Shown here: piece after piece, positions 24,017-35,715 of the stretch
Layout of the letters: each line of letters begins with the position of its first letter
Numbering within the stretch: position 1 is the first letter of the stretch
Assembly: GCA_963823665.1 (NCBI GenBank)
Contig: CAWGMQ010000008.1
Location: 1,184,001-1,248,000, forward strand
Source: an uncultured Planctomycetota bacterium
GTDB taxonomy: Bacteria; Planctomycetota; Planctomycetia; Isosphaerales; Isosphaeraceae
Direction of reading: 5' to 3'
Length of the DNA: 64,000 nucleotides
Translations under genes and position numbers: made by a program
Notes under the pieces: model-generated
Seen by the model: the letters and a program-made list of their open reading frames with translations, nothing else
Told to the model about the DNA's origin: nothing
Database searches by the model: none

Positions 24017-25459
24017 ATGTCAGGTTCTTCTTCGCAAGCACTGACGGACCATCTGCAGTCTCTCTTCGACGTAGGTACATGCACGGGGTTGACCGACGGT
24101 GACTTGATCGACCGATTCCGAGAAGTCGGAGCGGAGGACGGTGAGCGGGCGTTCGAGGCGCTCGTGACGCGGCACGGGCCGATGGTGCTGGGAGTGTGCC
24201 GGCACTTTCTGACGGATCCGGTCGCGCTGCACGACGCGTTTCAGGCGACTTTTCTCGTTCTGGCTCGCCGCGCCGGGGCGATCCGTAATCGGGAATCCGT
24301 TGGGAGCTGGCTCTATGGGGTCGCTCTCCGGGTTGCGGTGCGGGGACGGGCCAACTCGATCCGGCGCGAGATTCGTGACCGACGAGCGATCGAGGCGGCG
24401 CGATCCGTGGCGGTGCCTCTGCTCGAAGCGCGCGGCGGTGCGTGTGTCGACGGTGCCGATGGCGCGGCAGTGGTCCATCAGGAGGTTGGCCGGCTGCCCG
24501 AAAAGTACCGATCGCCGGTTGTTCTCTGTTATCTCGAAGGTTTGACCCACGAGGAGGCCGCTACGCGGCTTGGCTGGCCGGTCGGGACCGTTCGCAGCCG
24601 GCTTTCGCGGGCGAGGAGCACACTACGGTTCCGATTGACCCGCCGCGGCATAACCGCCCCATCTGCCTTTGGACCGCTGGCGGCTTGGCTCGTCCGTGAC
24701 ACGGCCCCGTCAATGGCGGCAGCCGGATCATCGGTTCTACCGGCCCAACTCGCCCCTTCGGTGGCCCGCGCGGCAACACGATTCACATTCAGCCAGTCCG
24801 TCGCCACCAGCTCGTTGCAGGTAGGCGCGACGGAACTGGCCCGGGGAGTACTCACGATCATGCTGCTCAAGAAACTGACGATCGCCGGTTGTGTCGTCCT
24901 GTCGTTAGGGATCGCGACCGTTGGAGGTGGCGCTTTGCTCATCGGAAGAACTCAAGCGCAGGATCCCAAACCGGGTGCCGACGGAAGCCGAGGAGAGATA
25001 CGAAAGCCGACACCAGCAGCATTCACCAGGCCGGCTGATGTTGATCCGCAGCTTGCGAAGCTCCTTGCCGCAGCCCACGTGCGGGTCGACGCGCAGAAGG
25101 CTTACTACGAAGAAGGCCGTATCACTGTTGACCGTTTCATCGACGGTTTGGCACGGCTAGAAAAGGTGGAGCTGATCGCCGCCAAAACCGACGCGGAACG
25201 CGCGGAGATACGCAAGCGGCACGTGAACATCCTCGAGGAGATCGCGAACCGCGAAGATGCGGAGATTCAGGTGGGTAGGGGAACCATAGCCGACCTGAGT
25301 GAAGCCCGCCAGCGTCATCTCGAAGCGGAGTACGAGACGAAGATTGTGGATAAGGAGGCAGCGGAGAAGGCCGCGATTCTCAGGCGATTGAGCGATCTCG
25401 AGCGCACGGTCGAGGCGCTTCAAAAAGGACGGACGGAAAAACCGGCCGGTAGCCGGTGA
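24017..25459 (+). CDS. ECF sigma factor with a TM helix and C-terminal extension (planctomycete type)
   Basis: [68 protein letters not shown] segment near aa 285-310. Confidence 0.9.
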   Translation: MSGSSSQALTDHLQSLFDVGTCTGLTDGDLIDRFREVGAEDGERAFEALVTRHGPMVLGVCRHFLTDPVALHDAFQATFLVLARRAGAIRNRESVGSWLYGVALRVAVRGRANSIRREIRDRRAIEAARSVAVPLLEARGGACVDGADGAAVVHQEVGRLPEKYRSPVVLCYLEGLTHEEAATRLGWPVGTVRSRLSRARSTLRFRLTRRGITAPSAFGPLAAWLVRDTAPSMAAAGSSVLPAQLAPSVARAATRFTFSQSVATSSLQVGATELARGVLTIMLLKKLTIAGCVVLSLGIATVGGGALLIGRTQAQDPKPGADGSRGEIRKPTPAAFTRPADVDPQLAKLLAAAHVRVDAQKAYYEEGRITVDRFIDGLARLEKVELIAAKTDAERAEIRKRHVNILEEIANREDAEIQVGRGTIADLSEARQRHLEAEYETKIVDKEAAEKAAILRRLSDLERTVEALQKGRTEKPAGSR

Positions 25460-25616
25460 TTCAATTTCATTTCAACGAAAAGACCCTCGGACGCTGGCGC
25501 GCCGAGGGCCGGGGTGTGATCGATTCGATCGCGGGGTTCCGGGGGAAAGTGGCGAGCACGCAACTTGGCTCGATCCGCTCTCCGGGGGGCGAGAGACTTT
25601 CGTCTCCCGTTTCAGG

Positions 25617-26303
25617 TCAGGCGACGGCGCGAGGGCGACGTGCCAGAACATATCTGCGAAGGGCGAGGCCGCCCACCGTGGTCAGGAACAAAGCGATCGT
25701 GCTGGGTTCGGGCACGGGCGCCTGTGAAGGGTTCACCGTCCCGACCGTATTGATTGCGCCTTCCAGTGTGGTGACGCCACCGGCGGAGTTGGGCACGAGC
25801 AGCACTTGATTGGGCAGGCCAGCCAGCGTGCTGGTCGCACTGCCAAGTTGGAAGGTGTCGTTCGCAATCGGGTTGATCGTGGCAATCACGCTCGACTGCG
25901 AACTGCCCGTGAGCGTTCCATTCAACATGCCGGTGACTGTCAGCGGCGAGAAGTTGGAAAGTGCTCCCCCATTGTAGGCCGAGGGAATCAGCGTGAGGCT
26001 GAACGGCGTGTTGGTATACGTGGTCGTCGAATTGGGACCGAGCGGCGCGACCTGGAACTCGCCGAGAGGCAGGTTTGAGACCGTGTTAACCGCGGCGTCG
26101 TTGATGGACGAGTAAGTGATCGCATTCGTGCCGGAGACGCCGGTTGTGCCCTGCACAAAGCCCGATGTACTGTAGGTCAAGGTTCCGCCGGTGTTGGCGC
26201 TGATCATTCCGTCGGCCTTGGCGCTTGAGCTGGTCCAGGTGAACAGCCCCAGGGCGATGGCCACGATTCGCAGCCTGGTCCACCCCTGTGTCATCTGCAT
26301 CAT
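25617..26303 (-). CDS. PEP-CTERM sorting-domain exported protein
   Basis: Signal peptide ending AKAD; Thr/Ser/Gly-rich body; VPEPSTIALF..GGLALRR C-terminus. Confidence 0.92.
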   Translation of the reverse strand: MMQMTQGWTRLRIVAIALGLFTWTSSSAKADGMISANTGGTLTYSTSGFVQGTTGVSGTNAITYSSINDAAVNTVSNLPLGEFQVAPLGPNSTTTYTNTPFSLTLIPSAYNGGALSNFSPLTVTGMLNGTLTGSSQSSVIATINPIANDTFQLGSATSTLAGLPNQVLLVPNSAGGVTTLEGAINTVGTVNPSQAPVPEPSTIALFLTTVGGLALRRYVLARRPRAVA

Positions 26304-26753
26304 GATCCTCCTGAATACCGATGGGATAGTCGCATTCCGATTGGCGACTTCGCAACGTCTTCGTCTGGACGTGAAGTGTGACGTTCCCCCGGGTCGAAAT
26401 GTTCCGGACTGTCTCCCCGTTAGACCGGTAGAGACCGAACCCGACGACCGGTTGAACGAACGACACGGATGGCGGCTCTCACAACACCAGTCGAGGCCCG
26501 CTCCGGCAACGCGGCCGGGCCTTTTTCGTCGCGACCTCGAGTATCAGGAGACGGAAGCCGGGGGTGACTTGCTTGCATACCCGGCCTCCCTGCCCGAACT
26601 GGCGGGAGCTTATCCGTAAGCTCCCCCGTCACGAATTCTGGGTGTGAACGAACGGCCGGGAAAATACCCGGTCGCCGCGATGTTGTAAATCGAACTTTAG
26701 GGAAATTCGAACGATTTCTCGATTGCCGCCGGCCGGAGGGTCGCCACGTTGGG

Positions 26754-29168
26754 TCAAAGCATGGAGATTGGATCGACGTCGACGGCAACCTCGACGCCCT
26801 CCGGCGGCGGCGTTTTGCGAGGTATGACGCCAGCCAACAGTCTGAGTGGCTTCGAGTTCGGGCAACGAAGCTGGAGATGGAAGCGATGAAGATTGCGGAT
26901 CTTCTTGACCGGCGCGGCGCCGGGCCCAAGATCCTCACCGAGGGATCGGCTGCGGCGCCGAACGCGTCGGCCAATTCGTCCATGTATGCTCGAACGCTCG
27001 CTTCATTGCTTCCTCGGGCGATCACCCGCACCAGTCTGCCGTAGGGTGGCACACCAAACGACTTGCGAACGGGGAGCTCGATTTCGGCAAACCCCACGAA
27101 GTCATGGCGGGCGGCCAATTGGATTGCGGGGTGCTCGGGCGAAAAAGTTTGTACGATTACCCGCCCGGGTCGATCTCCTCTTCCCGTGCGGCCTGCGACC
27201 TGAGCCATGAGCTGAAATGTGCGCTCGGCAGCGCGGAAATCCGGCAAATGAAGGGCCGTATCGGCGCTGACCACGCCAACCAAGGTGACGTTGGGGAAAT
27301 CGAGGCCCTTGGCGATCATCTGCGTGCCGAGCAGGATCCGGACCTCGCCCGCCTGGAACGCCCTGAGCACGCGCTCGTGGCTGCCGCTGCCGCGCATCGT
27401 GTCGGAATCCATCCGGCGCGAGGCGACGTCCGGAAACGCGGTCTGGATTTCGCGCTCGAGCCGCTCGGTGCCGATGCCCCCGTAGTAAAGCTTGGGCGCT
27501 CTGCAACGGGGGCATGCCGGCGGGCATGGGCGCTCGGCATCGCATGTGTGGCAAATCAAAATGTGGCGTTTCTTATGATACGTCATCGCCACGTCGCAGG
27601 CGTGGCACTTGACGACTTCGCCGCACCGCGGGCAGAGAGCGAATGTGTGGAACCCACGGCGGTTCAGGAGCAGGATCACCTGGCCCCCGGCGGCGAGTGA
27701 AACCTGCATTGCCTCGCGCAGCGGTTGGCTCAAGCATCCGATCGCAGCCTTCTCAGTCCGCAAGTCGATGATTTCCACGCCGGGCATGGACCGGCCGCTC
27801 ACTCGAAAAGGCATCGAGATCAGTGAATACCGGCCGAGCTGGGCGTTATGCCAGGATTCGAGCGATGGCGTTGCCGAGCCCAGGAGCACCGGAATGCCTT
27901 CCAACTGGGCGCGCTTGACGCCCACGTCGCGCGCGTGGTATCGCGGCGCCGTCTCCTGTTTAAAGGTGCTTTCGTGTTCTTCGTCGATGACGATCAAGCC
28001 CAGTCGCCGGGCCGGCGCGAAGACAGCCGATCGCGCCCCGACGATGACCTGCACCTCGCCCGAAGCGATGGTTTGCCAGTAACGGTGGCGCTCGGCGTCG
28101 GAGAGATGGCTATGCAGCACGGACACCTTGCCGAACCGCTGGCTGAAGCGTTCGATCGTCTGCGGCGTGAGGCTGATCTCGGGCACGAGCACAATCGTCT
28201 CGCGGCCGAGTGCCACCACCTGTTCGATCGCCGTCAAATACACTTCGGTCTTGCCGCTGCCGGTGACTCCGTGGATCAAGAATGGAGCGAAGCCGCCCGC
28301 TGCGATGGCGGATTTGAGCCGCCCGATCGCCGCGGCTTGTTCCGCGGTCGGGATCAGTCGCTCCGCGCGGTCGGTGCCGGAAACTGCGCCGGAATCGAGC
28401 TGCGGAGGCGTGAATCCCGCGGTGGCTGCCCCGGCAAGTCCGACCGGAAGTCGTCTCCGCACGGCACGCACCAACCCGCGGCCGCGCAGGGCATGAACGA
28501 GACCCGGCGCGCATTTCGCCCGCCGGCATACATCCGCAGACCGTCAGAAAATCGCCGCAGAGGAGAACTTCCATCACTGCGGCCTGTTTGGCAGTGAGCG
28601 GAGGGTCGATCCTGGCGGCCAGGACTGCCTCGCGCACTTCCTCGGGAACCATCAAGAACGTGGCGATCCGAGTTCCCGCGTGCTTCTTGACGCCGGCGGG
28701 CACTGCGGCGTCGAGCGCCTGACCCCAGGAACAGGCGTAATAGTCGGCCAGCCATCGCGTGAGGGCCAGCATGTTGGAGTCGATCAGCGGCGACAGATCG
28801 AGCACCTCCACGACATCCTTGATTCGCGCGGGGTCGATGTCAGCGGGTGCGGCATCCTCGACTTGCACACAGTAGCCGATGGTCAACTTGTTGCCCTGGC
28901 CCAGTGGAACACGCACGCGCTGGCCGGGCCGGATGATTCGTTCGAGCCGGCTGGGGACGTGATAGGAGAGGACCTGCTCGAATGGCCGGCTGAAAACGAT
29001 GCCCGCGAAGGGACCCGCGGGCACGGGAGGAGCGTCCGATATGCCGAACCAGGTGGACTGGCGAGGTACTCCTTGCCGTTCCACGGCCGCGCTGTCGCCG
29101 GGGCAATCAACGGGCTCGGCGCTCGAATCCGCTGGCTCGGGCTCACCTCTGCCGTTGACAACGCTCAT
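26754..29168 (-). CDS. priA: Primosomal protein N' (replication restart helicase), with frameshifts near 28545 and 26920
   Basis: LSYHVP..G.RVRVPLG; GVTGSGKTEVY; DEEH; GSATPS; Cys-rich CPRC..CHAC..CHTC..CPRC; GTQMIAKGLDFP; QVAGRTGR; DVDP end. Confidence 0.95.
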
Positions 29169-29388
29169 CGATCGGACCTATCGTCGGAAGTCGCTCGCAC
29201 ACGCGGCCGAAAGGCACGCATTGGATCGCCGAAAGCCCGATTTGCCGAAGGAAAAGCACACGCGAGCGTCACAGCGGCCGTCATTTTACTTCACCCGAAT
29301 TTTGCACGTTCGTCCACACCAAAACGGTTGTCCGTGGGTGATCGGGGCTGGCACAAGCAACAACGGTCGCCGTGGGAGTTTCTCGGAG

Positions 29389-30021
29389 ATGCGACTGGGA
29401 ATTTTTGGAGGCACGTTCGACCCGATCCATCTTGGGCATCTCGTTCTGGCAGACCAGTGCCGCGAGAGTTGTGCTCTCGAGCGTGTCTGGTTCGTCGTGG
29501 CCGGCGAGCCGCCGCACAAGCGCGGCGAACTGACCGCCGTCGCCCATCGACTCGAGATGGCGCGGATCGCGGCGGCCGGCCACCCATCGTTCGTGGTTTC
29601 CGACATCGAGGCAAACCGACCTGGCCCGAATTACAGCGTGGAGACGCTGGAATCTGTCTCTCGCGCGCGGCCAGACGACGACTTGTACTTCTTGATCGGT
29701 GCCGACAGTCTGAATGATCTGCCGGGCTGGCGCGAACCCGGTCGCATCGCGAAACTGGCAACGATCGTCGTGGTGAATCGGCCTGGCATCGAAGAGGCGG
29801 ACCCTCTTGCGCTACCTACCTTCGGCGATGGAACTCGCCCGATCATATCGGTCACGATTCCACCGATCGGAATCGCCTCGACCGACCTCCGCCGGCGCGT
29901 GCGCGAAGGCAGGAGCATCCGCTACTTGGTTCCGCGGGGCGTGGAAGCTTACATCGAGGCACAGGGGCTATACCGCGACGCTCAGGCGAGTTCACCAAGT
30001 ACATCGTGCGCGACTCGGTGA
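29389..30021 (+). CDS. nadD: Nicotinate-nucleotide adenylyltransferase
   Basis: MRLGIFGGTFDPIHLGHL, PPHK, FLIGADS, IASTDLR. Confidence 0.96.
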   Translation: MRLGIFGGTFDPIHLGHLVLADQCRESCALERVWFVVAGEPPHKRGELTAVAHRLEMARIAAAGHPSFVVSDIEANRPGPNYSVETLESVSRARPDDDLYFLIGADSLNDLPGWREPGRIAKLATIVVVNRPGIEEADPLALPTFGDGTRPIISVTIPPIGIASTDLRRRVREGRSIRYLVPRGVEAYIEAQGLYRDAQASSPSTSCATR

Positions 30022-30158
30022 CGTATACAATACCAGCGGCGATCGTGATCGATAGAAGAGAGAGCGCCAGCGAGGCTAGAATGACAGGGGTGTGGCGCGG
30101 TGGGCGTTCTACGTAAGTCCCACCGTCGGGAATTATTCCCTCGAACTCGGCGAATTCG

Positions 30159-31421
30159 GTGATGAGACGCTTTCGGCGGAACTGGATGAACGGGGTGCTT
30201 CGGCGCCCGACCGGACCGCCGGTCGAAGAAGGGGATGAAGCTCTGCTGCTGGATCGGGTCCCGCGAGTGGGTTCCCCGGGCTTGCTCTTTTTGTGGACTT
30301 GCGTTTTTGCTTTCTTCGGCGTGTTCATTGTCGGCCGGCTTCTGCGACAACCGGCGGCCGAGAATGTAGTCTTGTGTGTGATCTTTGCCCTCATGTGCTT
30401 CGCCCTGTTGAAATCGCTCTGGCAGACGATACTCGGTGGTGAGCGACTTCGGCTCGATTCCGGAGGACTCGAATACTGCTGGTGCTTTGGTTTGACTCGC
30501 TGGCGCAGGTTGGTGCCAATCGAGGAAATCAAGAGTGTCTCGACGTACGTAAAGCGAGTGTTCGACCCAATCGTTGGACGCGCCCGTTCGGAGTATGGAG
30601 TGCAGGTCGAGACGCTGGGCCAGCCGCTTCGCCTCGGTCAAAGCCGGCAAGCGGACGATGTCGCCGAGATCCAGTGTCGAATCGAGAGGCGCCTTCGCCA
30701 GCTTGAACCGCGCTGGTTGAGTTCGACCTCCAGCCACGATCTCGAGATTCTGGAACGATCGAGCATCCTGGCTAAGCCCCCCTCAGATTGCACGATCGTT
30801 TGCCGTCGTGAGTGGGACCACACAGAGTTCGTGAGGCGCTGGCGATTGAGCTGGCCGAGAGGCCTCGCTGGAGCGTTGGTCGGCTTCACCGTCATTACGG
30901 CGACCTGGTTTCTGGCGGTGCGGATCATTGCCGCTTTCGACTCGTTCCTGCTTTTTTCCCTCGCGCTGTGCGGATTCTTCTGCGTGCTCACAGTCTGGAG
31001 CTGGGTTGGGATCATTCTCGACCGCCAGAGGTGGGACATTCGCCCAGGTGAAGTGACGTCATCGGTCCGCATGATGGGTTTCGGCTGGTCACGAACCGCC
31101 GAGGTGGAATGGCTGGACCGATTCGAGCTTCGCCGGCTTCCGACACGGGGCGGACGGTCGCCCGCGCAATTCGGTTACAATGAGCCTTATCCCGGTTACG
31201 AGCTGGCGCTTGTCGACCTCAAGGACAAAGACGTAGCTGCGATGGGACCTCTCACCCGCGGCGAAGCACTTTGGATGGCCGGGATCATCGCGGATGTGCT
31301 TAAGGATGCTCTTCCGAAGGAGGGGCAGACATTTGCCCGCTGGTCGGTCTCGACGGATGAGCCGGCCGGTGGGTCCAAGGCCATGGGGGATCGCTGGCTC
31401 GACGAAGCGGTGTATTCTTGA
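30159..31421 (+). CDS. Hypothetical membrane protein with two TM-hairpin plus soluble-domain modules
   Basis: 420-aa ORF with two pairs of hydrophobic helices. Confidence 0.6.
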   Translation: MMRRFRRNWMNGVLRRPTGPPVEEGDEALLLDRVPRVGSPGLLFLWTCVFAFFGVFIVGRLLRQPAAENVVLCVIFALMCFALLKSLWQTILGGERLRLDSGGLEYCWCFGLTRWRRLVPIEEIKSVSTYVKRVFDPIVGRARSEYGVQVETLGQPLRLGQSRQADDVAEIQCRIERRLRQLEPRWLSSTSSHDLEILERSSILAKPPSDCTIVCRREWDHTEFVRRWRLSWPRGLAGALVGFTVITATWFLAVRIIAAFDSFLLFSLALCGFFCVLTVWSWVGIILDRQRWDIRPGEVTSSVRMMGFGWSRTAEVEWLDRFELRRLPTRGGRSPAQFGYNEPYPGYELALVDLKDKDVAAMGPLTRGEALWMAGIIADVLKDALPKEGQTFARWSVSTDEPAGGSKAMGDRWLDEAVYS

Positions 31422-31485
31422 TATGAATTGGAGGACGTCTTGCGTGATTGCTGACCGACGATGTTTGCTTCGGGGAGTTTCCAAC

Positions 31486-31956
31486 ATGCGTCGCTGCGCT
31501 GTTTTCGCCTTGGCCCTTGTCCTGGGCCTTCCGCTTGCCGCACGAGCTCAAGACGATGACGCCAAGACCGTGGCGCAATGCATTCTCGATAAAGGAGCAG
31601 CGCTTTTCGACAAGCGAGACGCTGCGGCGATGGCTGCCACCTACACCGAAGATGCTCAGCTCGAATGGATCGAAAAGGACAGCGCCGCGGGCGGCATCAA
31701 GATCGACGTGAAGAAGGGCCGCGAGGAAATCGAGACGGTCTATCGCGATCTGTTCAAAGATGCAAAAGAGGCCACGACTTCCAAGAACATCGTCGAATAC
31801 GCCCGGTTCGTCAGCTCGGAATTGCTGGTGATCGAGGGCGACTTTCAGCCCAACGTCGCCAATGACGGCAAGTTTCACTTCGTGCAGATGCGCGTGAAAC
31901 AAGGGGACAAATGGCAGATGCGGAGCCTGCAATTGTTCGTGATCGCCAAGGATTGA
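31486..31956 (+). CDS. Secreted SnoaL/NTF2-like protein
   Basis: Signal peptide (ARA-Q); DAAAMAATYTEDA..KGREEI..VKQGDKW. Confidence 0.8.
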   Translation: MRRCAVFALALVLGLPLAARAQDDDAKTVAQCILDKGAALFDKRDAAAMAATYTEDAQLEWIEKDSAAGGIKIDVKKGREEIETVYRDLFKDAKEATTSKNIVEYARFVSSELLVIEGDFQPNVANDGKFHFVQMRVKQGDKWQMRSLQLFVIAKD

Positions 31957-32007
31957 GGCGGCGGCAAGGAACACGTCTGATCAACGACATTGAGGCACCG
32001 TCCGGGC

Positions 32008-34965
32008 ATGTCGCGACGAATCTGGCTGAGCGCGATCGTGGTGATCATGCCCACGGTGCTCCTGCCTCGCGAGGCTTTCGCGCAAGCAGCTCGTCCCCGC
32101 GCGCGCGTTCCCTGGACAAGCTCGCGCTTCGCCGGCACACCCGACCCGCCGCCCCCTTTCACCGTCGCTCTCGCCTTTCCGAAACTGAAATTTGAATTCC
32201 CGGTCGTGCTCGTCCCGGCCCAGGGAACGAGCCGGCTGTTCGTGGGTGAGTTGAAGGGACGCGTTTACTCGTTTCTCGATGATCCGGCCGAGCAAACGCC
32301 CCGCCTCGCACTCGACTTGAACAAGGTCCATCCCGACTTCTCCGCGCTTTATGGTCTTGTATTTCATCCTCGATTCCAAACAAACCGGTATGTCTACATT
32401 TGCTACGTGCGACGGAATGACGTGCCGGATGGATCAGTCGTTTCCCGATTCACCGTGAGCCGTACCGAGCCCCCGGTGATCGATCCGCAGAGTGAACAGG
32501 TCATCCTCAACTTCTGGTCCGGAGGCCACAACGGCGGCTGCCTCGTTTTCGGTAAAGACGGATATCTTTATATTTCGACCGGCGACGGCGCGAGCCCGTC
32601 GCCGCCGGACCCGAAGATGACAGGGCAGGACTGCTCGGATTTGCTTTCGAGCATCCTGCGGGTGGACGTGGATCGGTCGCAACCGGGCAGTGCGTATTCG
32701 ATTCCGGCAGACAATCCGTTCAAGGACCTTGCGGGAGTCAGGCCCGAGATCTGGGCGTTCGGATTCCGGAACCCATGGAGGATGAGCTTCGACCGCAAGA
32801 CAGGCGATCTATGGGTGGGTGACGTCGGCTGGGAGCTGTGGGAGCTGGTTGATAAAGTCGAGCGGGGCGGGAATTACGGATGGAGCGTGGTCGAAGGGCC
32901 GCAGCCGGTCAACGTCGAAGCCAGGCGCGGGCCGACACCCATCCTGCCCACGACGAAGGCACATCCTCACTCGGAAGCGGCTTCGATCACCGGCGGCTAC
33001 GTCTACCGCGGCACAGGGCTGCCCGAGCTCACAGGTGCCTACATTTACGGCGACTTTCAAACCGGCATCATCTGGGCGCTGCGCGAAACGGGGGGAAAGG
33101 TTACCTGGCAGACCGAGCTGGCGCGGACGCCGCTCCACCTCGTGGCGTTCGCCGAAACGGACGGCGGCGAGCTCTTGCTGGTCGACCATGATCGAACGCA
33201 TCAGATCTACAGGCTGGTTCCTTCTCCTCCCAGCACATCTCGCAACACGTTTCCGCGCAAGCTGAGTGAGAGCGGGCTTTTCGCCTCGATGCGCGAAGGA
33301 AGACCTGCACCGGGTGTGTTGCGCTACGAAATCAACTCCGAGCTCTGGTCGGACGGGGCGGTCGCCGAACGGTTCCTGGCCATTCCGGGAAGCGGAACGA
33401 TCGGCGTCGATGGACAAGGCTTCTGGCAGTTTCCCGAAGGCTCGGTGCTGGCGCGGACGGTGTCACTCGAGCTCGAGCCCGGCAAGCGGGAAAGCCGCCG
33501 CCGGGTCGAAACCCAGATCCTGCACCGCGAATCCGAGGCCTGGCGGCCATATTCGTATCTCTGGAGCGATGGGCAGGACGACGCGGAACTGGTCGACGCA
33601 GGGGGTGCCACTCACACGATTACTGATGGCGCGCCACAGCCGCACAAGCGAACGTACCGGGTTCCCGCGCGGTCCGAGTGTGTCTTGTGCCATAACCCCT
33701 GGGTCGAGAAGAAGACGACGGTTTTCGGCATCCAGTCGGCGTCGCCGCTGGGGGTGAATATCGCCCAGCTCAACAAGCCGATCAAGCACTCCGGCCACGG
33801 AACGAACCAGCTCGCCGTCTTGCATGAGAGCCGGCATTCTGGCGTGGAAGCCGGACGTCGCAAAACTGCCCAGTCTGGTCAACCCGTACGACGAATCGGC
33901 CGATCTCGACCGCCGCGCGCGATCCTATCTCCAGACGAATTGCGCGCACTGCCACCAGTTCAACGCCGGTGGTACAGCGAACATCGCGCTGGGATTCGAA
34001 GTCCCGCTTCCTGCTACGCAGACCGTCGGAATCAGACCGATCCAGGGAACGTTCGGCATCGCTGCGGCCAGGATCATCGCGCCAGGTGATCCCGCGCGGT
34101 CGATTCTGTATTACCGCATGTCCAAGCTGGGCGGCGGACGAATGCCCCGCGCTGGCTCAAATCAGGTCGACGAGCGCGCGACGCGAATGATCGCCGATTG
34201 GATCGAGCGACTGAGCGTCCCTGGCGGAGCACCGGACGGGGCGGCGGTGCTTTCAAAGGAGGACCGCGACGCAATCGCCGCTTTGCGGGACTCCGATCAG
34301 CTTTCAGCCCAGCGCGCACGGCCGCAGTCCGCCGATTGGCCGAAACGACGCGCGGGGCATTGATGCTCCTGGGATTGATCGATCATGGAGCGGCTTCGTC
34401 TCCGCTCAGAAATGATGTCGCGGCGATCGCTCGCACGAGCCCGAGCGTGGAAGTCCGCGACCTGTTCGAACGATTCATTCCCGAGGAAGAGCGAGCAAAA
34501 AGGCTCGGTGACGTGATCGACCGGCCGAGCATCCTGGCGCTGGCCGGCGATGCGGCTCGTGGAAAGCTGGTCTTCACCGCCAATTCGGCCGCCCAGTGCA
34601 AGACATGTCACAAGGCCGGCGAGGTGGGCGAAACGGTGGGCCCGGACCTGAGTAAGATCGGCGCAAAGTACGACAAAGCGAAGCTGCTCGAGCAGATCCT
34701 TGAGCCGTCAAAGTCGATCGACCCAGCCTTCATCACCTATCTGCTCGAAACGAAAGACGGCCAGGTCATCTCGGGCTTGGCCGTCGAAAAGACAGCGACT
34801 GGCGTCGTGCTCAAGGACGCGCAGGGCAAGACGGTACGCCTGGCCAACGGCGAGATCGAGCGGATGGTTCCCCAGTCTCGATCGCTCATGCCCGAGCTGC
34901 TGCTCCGCGACCTCACGGCACAGCAGGTCGCCGACCTGCTCGCATTTCTGGCCGGGCTGCGGTGA
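32008..34965 (+). CDS. Glucose/sorbosone (PQQ-dependent) dehydrogenase with c-type heme domains, frameshifted near 33830 and 34320
   Basis: HNGG.L.FG.DGYLY, GFRNPWRMSFD, GGNYGW, SITGGYVYRG; CxxCH motifs CVLCH, CAHCH, CKTCH; GPDLS...SLMP. Confidence 0.9.
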
Positions 34966-35715
34966 TCTTCGCTCAGCCCAACTCGGCATTCCAAGCCGGT
35001 CAATCGCCAGCAAGTTCCTCCCCGCGCAAGCTTGCGCTCGCCTTCGTGTCCCAATCGTGGGAACAGCTCGAGCAGACCCCCCAAAACGTCGTCATCGTCG
35101 TCATCTCCTTGCAGCAACAGCACTTACGAATGACGACGTTTTTGAGGGCGAAAAGCGACTCGAAGCAACTCCTGAGCCCGTCATCACTTGCGAATGACGA
35201 CGCGGTATCGCTTGATGCGATGGTCGCGATCAAGCCATTCGCCGCCCCCGATCGTGGGCCCGGTACTCTTCGCCGACTCTCGCTCCCCCGACATCGCGCG
35301 CCCCACCTGCCCAAAGATTCCCATTTTTCTCCGGTACCCCCCCGTTCGGTCCCGCGCTCACCGCCGATCATCGCGAGACAGAGAAGAACGACGGCGTTCA
35401 CCAGTGTCATCGAGGGTGTGGAGTTACCTTCACTTCCATTGACCCAGGCCGCAAAGCGTGATCACGCAACATATTGGCACTGAATCCGACACCTGGTGGG
35501 TCCATTTTTCGGGCTCCGCCCAGGGAGGCGTTCGTTTTGTAGATTTGTCGCGCGTCCTTACGCCACAAGGCTTACGGGAACGGACACGCGCACTTTTGAC
35601 CGCGAGCCACGGGTCAAACTCGAACCGTCCCTCGCCCGCACGATCTCCCAGAGACAGAGTTGGTCCCGCGCGCCGACTCAACAGGCCTGGCTGTTTCTTC
35701 GTAGGGTGGGTGCAA

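Noticed and set aside
34962..35700. ORFs in the gap after the dehydrogenase gene
   Set aside because: No recognisable motifs, and they overlap the dispersed repeat family.
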